From Bacteroidota bacterium (GTDB taxonomy: Bacteria; Bacteroidota; Bacteroidia; NORP154): 64,000 nt of DNA. Of this stretch, positions 45,134 to 54,666 are shown piece by piece. Position numbers and translations under genes: made by a program. Numbering within the stretch: the stretch's first letter is position 1; every line of letters begins with the position of its first letter. Location of the stretch: positions 467-64,466 of the forward strand of contig JBDRNO010000240.1 in assembly GCA_043811005.1 (NCBI GenBank). The letters run 5' to 3'. The notes beneath the pieces were generated by a model. It saw only the letters and a list, made by a program, of their open reading frames with translations, did no database searches and had not been told where the DNA came from.

Positions 45134-45275
45134 TCCTTTTGTCTGGCTGGCTTAGTTTTGTTGATTTACTCACTCTATTGTTTGTTTTTAAAGGTGTTCG
45201 TGAATGCTTCGCATTTTGAGGGGCGACAGGGGAGCCACGAAAAATCTTTACAAAACTTGCCAGCCAGACAAAAGA
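45134..45275. other. GC-elevated structured element: 16-17-bp perfect inverted repeat enclosing about 108 nt with internal hairpins (possible ncRNA or MITE)
   Basis: CCTTTTGTCTGGCTGGC (45134-45150) pairs with GCCAGCCAGACAAAAG (45259-45274). Inner stems are TTCGTG/CACGAA and AATGC-TTC-GCATT. Confidence 0.5.
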
Positions 45276-45368
45276 TATAGCGGACAGCCCGGCCCCGCAC
45301 ATAATTTTGGTGCTTAAAATTTCATCTGCCAACTGATATGTTACAGATAATTATGATAATGTTAATTG

Positions 45369-45440
45369 ACAAGTTGACAGTTGGCAGTAAGCAGTTGGCA
45401 AGAAAAACAAATTGCCTACTCGTATCAAGTTTAGTAAGAT
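45369..45440. repeat. intergenic repeat family 3, short copy
   Basis: ACAAGTTGACAGTTG..GCAGTTGGCAA..AAACAAATTGC.TACT..GTATCAA..TT is shared with 56073-56180. This copy lacks an internal 37 nt. Confidence 0.8.
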
Positions 45441-45565
45441 TACTAATAATACAATACCTAAATTCGTAATCTTAAAACAAAATTATGAGCGGGGGCACGC
45501 CCAAAAGAAAATATAAAAAGAGCTGAAAGAAAAATCGGAAGCGCCGGCAATTACAAACATTTGAG

Positions 45566-46054
45566 TCAAGCTGTAAGAATCATCTCAAATTCGAGTTCAT
45601 GTTTTATTGATATTTTATCTTTTCCAAAAAGAGGGATTCCGGGTTTTAACTTTCTTGAGCTTTCAATAGCATTTCTATAAAAGTTCACCCATTCAAAACC
45701 TCTTTTCTGAAAGAATTTTATTGCAGGTGTGTTGTCATTTGTTGAGATCAACCAAACCCGTTTGCATTTTTCATGCTTTGCCCTCTTAATTACCAGGTCT
45801 ATAAATTTTGTGCCTATCCCTGTGTTTTTAATTTGGCTGTAAATAATAACAATCTCACAATCATGATTTATAATATTGTAGGATATCAAACCTTTTATTT
45901 CATTTTCTACAAAAACTACCCACCCGGGTAATTTATTAACATGGTGGAGATTACCTCTTGTAACCATTTTTGAAGATCCCCAATAGGTTTCAAGAAAGCC
46001 CTTGACTTTATTTCTTATTTCATCTTTTACTTCTATGATTTTAAACTTTGGCAT
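45566..46054 (-). CDS. GNAT family acetyltransferase
   Basis: 162 aa with an IKNTGIGTKFIDLV acetyl-CoA loop region. Confidence 0.65.
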   Translation of the reverse strand: MPKFKIIEVKDEIRNKVKGFLETYWGSSKMVTRGNLHHVNKLPGWVVFVENEIKGLISYNIINHDCEIVIIYSQIKNTGIGTKFIDLVIKRAKHEKCKRVWLISTNDNTPAIKFFQKRGFEWVNFYRNAIESSRKLKPGIPLFGKDKISIKHELEFEMILTA

Positions 46055-46193
46055 TGAACAAAAAATTTTGTTTCAATAATTAAGTCTTTTTTTGCCACAC
46101 AAAATCACTAAGATTCACTAAGTATTTCTTTGTGTTGCTTTGTGTCTTCGACTTAGTGGCAAATTTTATATATTATTCTTCTTTAATATTACT

Positions 46194-46982
46194 TTACCCG
46201 AAAATAATTGCAGTAGTTCCCATAATTATGCAATAGATGGCGAAATATATCAGATTACCTTTTCTGACAATGCCAATCATCCACTTACAGGCAAAAAGGC
46301 CTGAAATAAAGGCGGTTATAAATCCAACCGATAAAGCTATTACTCCGATATTACTATTAAAACCATCGTTGGTGCCGGAGGCAAATAAATCCATTGCATT
46401 TGCACCTATTATTGGGATCAGTACCATAAGAAAAGAAAATTTGGCAATTGTTTCTTTTTTATTTCCTAATAATAAGCCGGCAGCTATTGTAACGCCTGAG
46501 CGGGAAATTCCCGGCAAGACAGCAATGGCTTGAGAGATACCTATTACAAATGCGTCAATAAACGAAATGTTCCTGTTACCTTTTCTGATAAAGTTGGCAA
46601 GGGTGAGCAATGAAGCGGTAAATAACAGCATGACGCCAACAAATACAATATTTCCACCGAACAGTGTTTCTACTTCTTCCTTAAAAAAAGCACCGACAAT
46701 CCCAACAGGAATCATTGAAAGGACGATCTTTGAAATATATTGGACAGACTCATTCCATTGGAATTTCAAGGAGTCAGCAACGAGTTTCAGGATATCCCTG
46801 TAAAAAATCACGATAGTGCTTAAAACTGTTGCTCCATGTACAACGATCGTAAATGTAATGTCTTCACTGAATTTACTTCCGAGAACCACCTTTCCTATTT
46901 CAATATGTCCGCTGCTGCTGACAGGCAAAAATTCAGTTAAACCTTGTATTAATCCTAAGATGATTGCTTCTAAAACTGACAT
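46194..46982 (-). CDS. uppP: undecaprenyl-diphosphate phosphatase
   Basis: MSVLEAIILGLIQGLTEFLPVSSSGH N-terminus and a polytopic membrane protein of 262 aa. Confidence 0.9.
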   Translation of the reverse strand: MSVLEAIILGLIQGLTEFLPVSSSGHIEIGKVVLGSKFSEDITFTIVVHGATVLSTIVIFYRDILKLVADSLKFQWNESVQYISKIVLSMIPVGIVGAFFKEEVETLFGGNIVFVGVMLLFTASLLTLANFIRKGNRNISFIDAFVIGISQAIAVLPGISRSGVTIAAGLLLGNKKETIAKFSFLMVLIPIIGANAMDLFASGTNDGFNSNIGVIALSVGFITAFISGLFACKWMIGIVRKGNLIYFAIYCIIMGTTAIIFG

Positions 46983-46986
46983 GCAA

Positions 46987-47232
46987 TTACTTTTTGGGTT
47001 TCTTCATAATAGCAAAAATCCCTATTGCAAAACCTGTCATTACGATAATTGGCGCCAATGTTATCCTGCGGAAGCTGAAAATTTCGGGATTAAAGACATC
47101 CGGATCATCTGAACCGCCTCCTATCATTAATATAAAACCTATAATGATAAATACAACCCCAACGAGCAATATTTTGTAATTCTCTCTTTCAAAGACAAAT
47201 CCTGATTTTCCTGTCTCGTTCTTTTTTTTCAT
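46987..47232 (-). CDS. DUF3098-type small membrane protein
   Basis: 81 aa with two TM helices. Sits in the conserved Bacteroidota position between ftsX and uppP. Confidence 0.65.
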   Translation of the reverse strand: MKKKNETGKSGFVFERENYKILLVGVVFIIIGFILMIGGGSDDPDVFNPEIFSFRRITLAPIIVMTGFAIGIFAIMKKPKK

Positions 47233-47332
47233 GTGTTAAGTATTTTAGTTTCGGAATTTCCCGCCAATGGCGAATCAGCCTTGGCTGATAAAAAAAATTA
47301 ATTAAACAATTAAAAATTACAAATTAAAATAA

Positions 47333-47394
47333 GCCACGAATTTACACTAATTAATTTTTTGGGATAATTAGTGATAATTAGTGTAATTAGTGGT
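47333..47394. repeat. inverted repeat GCCACGAATTTACACTAATTA / TAATTAGTGTAATTAGTGG (repeat family 4)
   Basis: Read directly. Related to 28433-28535. Confidence 0.7.
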
Positions 47395-47453
47395 TAAAGA
47401 AATTCCAATAATAATTCTTAGCCAAAATTGGCAAAGATTTAAATTGCAATGAA

Positions 47454-48338
47454 TTAATAATACAATTCGTCTGATTTAAGTCTAAGGTATTTTCTAACAG
47501 CCAGCATAGTAGAAATCCAGGAAATAAGTATTCCCAGGATAATAACAATAATGAAGAGAGTTCCAATTATTTCTATATCCTGAAGTTCTATTAATTCGGG
47601 GATTTCTTTTTGGGCAATGTACAGTACACCGGTCAATAAAATGATAGCTATGAGTGCACCATAAATACCGTGGGAAATTCCTTTTATAATAAAAGGTTTC
47701 CTTATAAATCTTTTAGTAGCCCCTACCAATTGCATGGTTTTAATTAAGAATCTTTTTGAATAAATAGACAATCTTATTGTGTTATTTATCAAAGCAATAG
47801 CAATAATGAATAACAATCCGCTAAATATCAAGATAAAGAAACTGATTTTTCTAACATTTTCATTAACCAAATGAACAAGTGATTTTGAATAAACAACTTC
47901 TTTTACAATTTCACTCTTTATCAGTTCTTTCTCTATCCAAGCTATGCTGTCAGGAGTAGCATATTGAGAATTGAGCACAATGTCAATTGAGGCAGGCAGG
48001 GGATTATATCCATCCAGAAAACTGAGAAAATCTTCCTCGTTGCCAAGTTCTTCACGAAGAATTTTCACTGCTTCTTCTTTGGAAATGAACTCTGTTGTTT
48101 TTACATAAACCGCGGCATCAAGATACTTCTGTATTTGATCAATATCCACTTCTTTTGAATTATCTTTCAAATATACCGAGAAACCGATGTTTTCTTTTAC
48201 AATTACAGATAGCTTTTCGGAAGTCAATACTATCAATCCCACAAGCCCCAGCATAAACAAAACTAAAGAGATGCTTACAACCGTTGATACGGAGGATGCC
48301 TTTAATCTCCTTTTAACGTATTTTTCTTGTTGGGACAT
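47454..48338 (-). CDS. ftsX: cell division permease FtsX-like protein
   Basis: 294 aa with one N-terminal TM, a periplasmic domain and three C-terminal TMs. Synteny with DUF3098 and uppP. Confidence 0.75.
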   Translation of the reverse strand: MSQQEKYVKRRLKASSVSTVVSISLVLFMLGLVGLIVLTSEKLSVIVKENIGFSVYLKDNSKEVDIDQIQKYLDAAVYVKTTEFISKEEAVKILREELGNEEDFLSFLDGYNPLPASIDIVLNSQYATPDSIAWIEKELIKSEIVKEVVYSKSLVHLVNENVRKISFFILIFSGLLFIIAIALINNTIRLSIYSKRFLIKTMQLVGATKRFIRKPFIIKGISHGIYGALIAIILLTGVLYIAQKEIPELIELQDIEIIGTLFIIVIILGILISWISTMLAVRKYLRLKSDELYY

Positions 48339-48511
48339 GGGACAAAATTAAGAAAATTAAGTTAAGGAATTATGGGAATTTCCTAAATTTGCAAGTTATT
48401 TCATCTATTTTTACTTGAAACTATAAACCAGAAAAGGACATAGCTTCGCAAATTGATTAAAAAGGAAAAAAAATGATTGCACGATAAATTTAGGTAAAAA
48501 AACTTTGAACT

Positions 48512-51500
48512 TTGGACTACAATTTTACAGAAATAGAAAAAAAGTGGCAGAAATACTGGAGTGAGAACAAGACCTTTAAAGCGGATAATCCCGGTAGCAA
48601 AGGGGCTGATAAGCCCAAATTTTATGTTTTGGATATGTTTCCCTATCCTTCCGGAGAAGGGCTGCATGTTGGGCATCCTTTAGGGTACATTGCATCTGAT
48701 GTATATGCCCGATATAAGCGGCTTAAAGGATTTAATGTACTGCATCCCATGGGGTATGATGCTTTTGGCTTGCCTGCAGAGCAATATGCCATTGAAACAG
48801 GTCAGCATCCTGCAATTACTACCCAAAATAATATTAAGCGGTACCGGGAACAAATGGATAAGCTCGGCTTTTCATTTGACTGGGACAGGGAGGTTAGAAC
48901 GTGCGATCCGAAGTATTATAAATGGACGCAGTGGATATTTGTTCAATTATTCAATTCCTGGTATAACAATAAAACAGATAAAGCTGACCCCATTGAGACA
49001 TTGATCTCTGAATTTAAAAAAAATGGAGATCAAAATATTGATGCAGCTAATACTCCTCCCCGAAACGTCTCTAATGGAACAGAGTTACGATCCTTTACCG
49101 CTAAACAGTGGAAGGGGTTTAGTGAAAAACACCAACAAGAAATTCTGTTGCACTATCGCCTGGCATATTTGTCGAAAACGATGGTAAACTGGTGTCCCAG
49201 GTTAGGAACAGTTCTTTCAAATGAGGAAGTACAGAACGGTCTTTCCGAGAGAGGCGGCTATCCGGTTGAAAGAAAACTGATGAAACAATGGACTTTAAGA
49301 ATGACCGCTTATATTGAAAGGTTATTAAAAAGTTTGGAAGAAATTGACTGGACCGATGCTCTTAAAGACATGCAGCGTAACTGGATAGGCCGTTCTGAAG
49401 GAGCTATGATGAAATTCCACCTCTCCCCCGGCCCCTCTCCGAAGGAGAGGGGTGAAATAAGGCCCGGGTACTATACAACTGATGGACAAATGTGGAACCT
49501 TCTGCAAGATAAAGCCAAAGAAATGCGTAGTAACCCTACCCAGGCAGAAAATGCTCTGTGGCAGATGTTGAGAAGAAAGAACACCGGCTATAAAATTCGC
49601 AGGCAACAAATCATTGACCGTTTTATTGTGGATTTCGTTTGTTTGGAAAAAAAGCTGGTAGTTGAAGTTGATGGAGACATTCATGATCTACAAAAAGAAA
49701 AGGATGAAGAAAGAACCTCATTTTTAAATGAAAGAGGATTCAAAGTAATACGCTTCCTGAATAAGGAGATAATCGCAAATACAGATGAGATTCTTGCAAT
49801 AATCGAGGATGAATTAAAAAAAAGACCTTCCTTTAAGAAACAAGAAGTCCTCCCCGCCAGCTGGCGGGAGGATTTAGGAGGGGTGATAGAAGTTTTTACC
49901 ACGCGTCCCGACACTATTTTCGGAGCAACATTTATGGTCTTAGCTCCCGAACACGAATTGGTTGAGAAGATAACTACTGATGAACGCAGGCAGGCAGTGG
50001 AAAAATATGTAAAAGCAGCTTTAAATCGCTCTGAGAGAGACCGGTTGGCTGATGTAAAAATCGTTTCCGGGGAGTTTACCGGTGCATTTGCCATCCATCC
50101 TTTTACTGGCGATAAAATTCCAATTTGGGTAGCGGATTATGTGCTGGCTGGTTACGGGACTGGTGCTATCATGGCTGTTCCGTCAGGTGACCAAAGAGAC
50201 TGGAATTTCGCCAAACATTTTGACCTGCAGATAATCCCGGTTATTTCCGATAGTGACATTACGGAAGGTGCAAATGAGAATGAGGACGGGGTGATGATCA
50301 ATTCAGACTTTATGAATGGCATGAAAATTCCTGATGCTATTAAAGCAGTTATTGAGAAAATCAAAAAAAAAAGGAATAGGAAAGCATAAAGTGAATTACA
50401 AGATAAGGGATGCTGTTTTCAGCCGGCAACGCTATTGGGGTGAGCCGTTTCCCGTTTATTATAAAAATGGTATGCCTTATATATTGGATGAGAGTGAACT
50501 GCCTCTTGTATTACCCATTGTAGATAAATATTTACCAACAGAAACAGGTGAACCGCCATTGGCAAGAGCCGAAAACTGGAAAACAAAAGACGGCTATGAT
50601 CTGGATTGCCATACAATGCCAGGTTGGGCGGGCTCTTCATGGTATTATCTCAGGTATATGGATCCCCACAATGAAAATGAATTTCTGACCAAAAAGGCAG
50701 TTGATTATTGGCAAAATGTTGATCTGTACATCGGTGGAGCCGAGCATGCAACTGGACACCTTATGTACGTGCGTTTCTGGACTAAGTTCCTATATGACCT
50801 TGGTGTCATTCCTTTTGACGAACCGGCTAAAAAGTTGATCAATCAAGGGATGATTCAGGGAATGTCTGCTATCATATATAAGTGCAAAGAAAAAGATACA
50901 TTCGTATCAAGCGATCTGATAAAAGATGCTGATAAAAGTGACTATTTGCCGGTTAGGGTGCACATTGATCTTATTGCAGGAGATAACATAGTAAATGATC
51001 ATGGATTTAAAAATTGGAAACCCGAATATAAAGATGCAAAATTTATTCATAATGAGAATGGAGAATTTCGTTGTGACAGGGAAGTAGAAAAAATGTCTAA
51101 ATCAAAGCATAATGTTGTAAATCCCGACAACATTATTTTACAATACGGAGCGGATACCTTAAGGTTATACGAGATGTTCCTTGGTCCTATTGAGCAGGCA
51201 AAACCCTGGGATACACACGGCATTGAAGGAGTTTCTCGCTTCATGAGAAAATTATGGAGATTATACTACGATAGAGAGGATAAATTCATAGTCTCTGATG
51301 ATAAACCTACCAATAAAGAATTAAAAATATTGCACAGAACTATTAAGAAAGTACAGGAAGACATTAAGCGCTATTCCTTTAATACGGGTGTAAGTGCATT
51401 GATGATCTGTGTTAATGAACTAACTGAATTAAAATGTAACAAAAAAGCTATTTTAGAGGATCTGGCAGTTATTATCTCTCCTTACGCCCCTCATATTACA

Positions 51501-51794
51501 GAGGAATTATGGTCATCATTCAGAGGGATTTCGGATGATAAACAATTCAAAGAAAGTATAAGTAAGGCGGCTTTCCCGCAGTATAAAGAAGAATATATTG
51601 CTGAAGAAACGTGTACATATCCTGTTTCTTTCAATGGTAAAAAGCGATTCACTATAGACCTTCCGGTAGACATGCCCCCTGAAGAAATTGAAAAGGAGGT
51701 GCTGACATACGAAAAGAGCAAAAAATGGCTGAACGGAAAAAAACCTAAAAAGGTGATTATTGTTAAAAAAAGGATTGTTAATATTGTGATTTAA
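48512..51794 (+). CDS. leuS: leucine--tRNA ligase, split into two ORFs by a frameshift in an A10 run and carrying an in-frame DUF559 insert
   Basis: [21 protein letters not shown] (HIGH), [41 protein letters not shown] and KMSKSK are all present. ORFs 48512..50389 and 50334..51794 join if one A of 50363-50372 is removed. TTG start. Confidence 0.9.
49421..49882 (+). other. 462-nt in-frame insert in leuS encoding a complete DUF559 (Vsr-like PD-(D/E)XK endonuclease) domain, bounded by GC-rich hairpins
   Basis: Insert peptide [11 protein letters not shown]...[58 protein letters not shown]...[20 protein letters not shown]...[10 protein letters not shown]. Left hairpin CCCCTCTCC-GAA-GGAGAGGGG (49432-49452). 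Right 16-nt palindrome CCCGCCAGCTGGCGGG (49853-49868). Confidence 0.8.
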
Positions 51795-51938
51795 TTAATT
51801 TTTGTCTCAAAAATTTATTAATTTTACAGAATCTAATATTAGAAAACTCTTTTGTTAACAACATAGTCATGCCATAGACAGATCCTTGCCTCCCGGCAGG
51901 CGAGGTGCCTCTGGCGGAATACTCGGATACCTTAAATT

Positions 51939-52328
51939 ATGAAAAATTTATTTATTAAAGAAGAATATAAAAGTCCGGAAGTTACATTTGATGCTGAAAA
52001 GGGAATTTTAGAACTAAAAGGCAAAGCAGTTCCCGAAAGAACCGAAGATTTCTTTAACCCTTTATTGGAGTGGATAGACAATTATATCCAGTCACCATCC
52101 AGTGAAACCACTTTCAATCTTAAATTGGAATACTGCAATAGTTCATCCACAAGGTATATATTAGACATGCTCGAAAAGTTACAATCGCTTTATCAAAGCG
52201 GACATAAAGTTACAGCAAACTGGTATTATGAAGAAGATGATGAAAGCATGCTAGACCTTGGTGAATCCTATAAAGAACCTCTTGACCTTCCTCTCAATTT
52301 AATCTCCGTGCCTGTTGATGACTTATGA
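51939..52328 (+). CDS. DUF1987 / SiaC-family protein
   Basis: PEVTFDAEKGILELKGKAVPE...FFNPLLEWIDNY pattern, 129 aa. Confidence 0.65.
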   Translation: MKNLFIKEEYKSPEVTFDAEKGILELKGKAVPERTEDFFNPLLEWIDNYIQSPSSETTFNLKLEYCNSSSTRYILDMLEKLQSLYQSGHKVTANWYYEEDDESMLDLGESYKEPLDLPLNLISVPVDDL

Positions 52329-52504
52329 TGGAAGATTATATAGTGTCCGTCTATAAAGTCCGAATGTTTAAATGAATAATTAAAACCACAAATAACAAGC
52401 ACCAAATAACAAAGAAATCACAATTACCGAAAATTCAATGACCAATCCGCAAGCTGGCGGACGGACATTTGATAAGTTGTCTAAAAAACAGTTTGTCAGT
52501 TAGA

Positions 52505-53074
52505 ATGATAAAAGACTTAATAACAAAGACCAGGAGCTACAGGCGGTTTTATCAGGAAACCGACATAGAGCTTGAGACATTGAGAGAATTAGTTGACCTT
52601 GCGCGACTCTCTGCATCAGCGGCTAATTTGCAACCTTTAAAGTATATTCTTTCATGTACTCCTCAAAAGAATGCTATAATATTTCAACATCTTGGCTGGG
52701 CTGGTTATCTTAAAGACTGGACTGGTCCTTGTGAGGGTGAAAGACCATCTGCCTATATCATCATACTCGGGGATACAGGGATAAAACAATCTTTTGACTG
52801 TGACCATGGGATAGCTTCTCAAAGCATTCTTCTGGGTGCGGTAGAGAGGGATTTAGGTGGATGTATTATTGGTTCAGTAAAAAGAGAGGAACTCCGTAAA
52901 GTTCTTGATATTCCATCCCGTTTTGAGATACTCCTTGTTATTGCCCTTGGCAAACCCAGGGAAAAAGTGGTGATAGAGACAGTTGAACCAGCAAGAGATA
53001 TAAAGTACTGGCGCGACAGTGATGGTGTTCACCATGTGCCAAAGCGACCTTTGGATGATATAATTATTGGGTAG
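52505..53074 (+). CDS. nitroreductase family protein
   Basis: TRSYRRF..., SASAANLQP and GGCIIG patterns. I prefer the ATG at 52505 over the upstream ORF start at 52469. Confidence 0.7.
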   Translation: MIKDLITKTRSYRRFYQETDIELETLRELVDLARLSASAANLQPLKYILSCTPQKNAIIFQHLGWAGYLKDWTGPCEGERPSAYIIILGDTGIKQSFDCDHGIASQSILLGAVERDLGGCIIGSVKREELRKVLDIPSRFEILLVIALGKPREKVVIETVEPARDIKYWRDSDGVHHVPKRPLDDIIIG

Positions 53075-53085
53075 ATTTTGTGTGT

Positions 53086-53107
53086 CGTCAGGTGTTTCCA
53101 CCTGACG
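53086..53107. terminator. 9-bp stem hairpin between convergent genes (CGTCAGGTG-TTTC-CACCTGACG)
   Basis: Read directly. No clear T-run, so terminator function is inferred from position only. Confidence 0.4.
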
Positions 53108-53181
53108 GGAGGTGTACTTCTGTAGGGTAAAAACACTAGACAGTATACGAACATTAAAATTCGTGATATTATATTATTATC

Positions 53182-54666
53182 TCAATTCAATTTCCAAAAA
53201 TATGGTGTGAACAAGATCAGAACGGTAAACAATTCCAACCTCCCCAACAACATAAGGAATGATAAAAACCATTTACCAATAGCAGAAACATGATAATAGT
53301 TATCAATTGGCCCGACAGTACCTATACCCGGACCAACATTTCCTAATGTAGAAGCTACAGCTCCAATAGATGATTTTATATCCAGTCCGCATAAAGATAT
53401 AAATGCTGAACTTACTACAAAAATAATTACATAAATAAGAATAAAGACAAGAATATTGGTCATTATATTTGGAGCTACAACCATGCTGTTAAGTTTTACG
53501 GGTATTACTGCCCGAGGATGAAGCAAACGCTTGAATTCCAGCATACAGTTCTTTGCCAGTGTAAGATGCCTCACAATTTTAATGCTCCCACTGGTTGAAC
53601 CCGCACAACCACCAATAAACATCATTATCAAAAATATTATCGTAATAAAAGGTGTCCAACTTGTATAATCAGCGGTAACAAAACCTGTTGTTGTAACTAT
53701 TGACACAACCTGGAATAAAGCAACCCTGAAACTCTTTTCGATACCTTCAAAACTCACAATATATAAAACAGATGTAATCACGATAGTCAGAATAACAAGG
53801 GTCATGACATAAATTTTAAACTCCTCATTTTGCCTTAACTTCCTAAACTTGCCATTAAAAATAAAATATATCAGTGTATAATTCGCTCCCGTAATGAACA
53901 TAAATACGATTATAATATAGTGAATAAAAGGTGACTGGAAGTAAGCAATGCTGGCTTGTTTTGTTGAAAACCCGCCTGTAGGCATAGTAGTAAAGGCATG
54001 ATTAATTGCATCGTAAAAAGACATTCCTCCAATCATCAGAAAACCTATCAAGAGCAGGGTAAGTAAAAGATAAATTGCCCACAATCTTTTAGCCGTTTCT
54101 TTAATTCTGGGGTGTATCTTATCAGAAGTCGGGCCGGGGACCTCAGCTACAAAGAGTTGCATGCCACCTATGCCTAAAATAGGTAGTATAGCAATAGTCA
54201 TCACGATAATTCCCATTCCCCCTATCCATTGTGTCATGCTTCGCCAAAAAAGTATGCCTTTTGGCATTGCTTCTATATCATTCAGAATGGACGCTCCTGT
54301 TGTGGTAAAACCTGAGATCGTTTCAAAAAAAGCATTAGTCATGTTAGGTATGGCTCCGCTGAAAATGTAAGGCAATGAACCGAATAAAGCCATTACTATC
54401 CATCCTAATGCCACAATAATATAACCTTCTCTTTTCCCGAGAGAATTATTGCAGTTTTTACTTTTCCCCTTATATTTCCATAATAAAAATCCTGCAAGAA
54501 AAGTAATTGCACCTGAGCCCAGCATTGCAATAACATCATTACTTTGGTAGTAAATAGAAAAAGGAATTACCGTAAACATCAGTAAGCTGATAATGATCAG
54601 CAGTAGACCAAGCAGGTTGGCTATGATCTTTGTATTTATCATCTTACTTAAAGAACTTAGCAACAT
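53182..54666 (-). CDS. trkH: Trk/Ktr-type potassium uptake protein TrkH
   Basis: Polytopic, about 490 aa, with repeated TTGF/TTGG selectivity-type motifs. The true start may be the ATG at 54642 (MINTKII), which removes the overlap with trkA. Confidence 0.85.
   Translation of the reverse strand: MLLSSLSKMINTKIIANLLGLLLIIISLLMFTVIPFSIYYQSNDVIAMLGSGAITFLAGFLLWKYKGKSKNCNNSLGKREGYIIVALGWIVMALFGSLPYIFSGAIPNMTNAFFETISGFTTTGASILNDIEAMPKGILFWRSMTQWIGGMGIIVMTIAILPILGIGGMQLFVAEVPGPTSDKIHPRIKETAKRLWAIYLLLTLLLIGFLMIGGMSFYDAINHAFTTMPTGGFSTKQASIAYFQSPFIHYIIIVFMFITGANYTLIYFIFNGKFRKLRQNEEFKIYVMTLVILTIVITSVLYIVSFEGIEKSFRVALFQVVSIVTTTGFVTADYTSWTPFITIIFLIMMFIGGCAGSTSGSIKIVRHLTLAKNCMLEFKRLLHPRAVIPVKLNSMVVAPNIMTNILVFILIYVIIFVVSSAFISLCGLDIKSSIGAVASTLGNVGPGIGTVGPIDNYYHVSAIGKWFLSFLMLLGRLELFTVLILFTPYFWKLN

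Noticed and set aside
45134-45275. Inverted-repeat element as a retron msr/msd
   Set aside because: No reverse transcriptase ORF lies on either side, and the enclosed 108 nt is short for msr plus msd. I kept it only as an unclassified structured element.
45057-45332. 91-aa minus-strand ORF
   Set aside because: It lies entirely within the inverted-repeat element, has low-complexity composition, and has no plausible start context. It is probably a non-coding artefact.
48401-48676. 91-aa minus-strand ORF upstream of and overlapping the leuS start
   Set aside because: It overlaps the conserved leuS N-terminus on the opposite strand and has no recognisable features.
49421-49882. leuS insert as an intein
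   Set aside because: There is no Cys/Ser/Thr at the N-terminal junction, no His-Asn plus Cys/Ser/Thr at the C-terminal junction, and no intein blocks. The insert is a PD-(D/E)XK DUF559 domain flanked by hairpin-encoded low-complexity peptides.
50363-50372. Programmed ribosomal frameshift in leuS
   Set aside because: No known precedent for this gene and no obvious stimulatory structure downstream. A homopolymer indel (A10 versus A9) is the simpler explanation.
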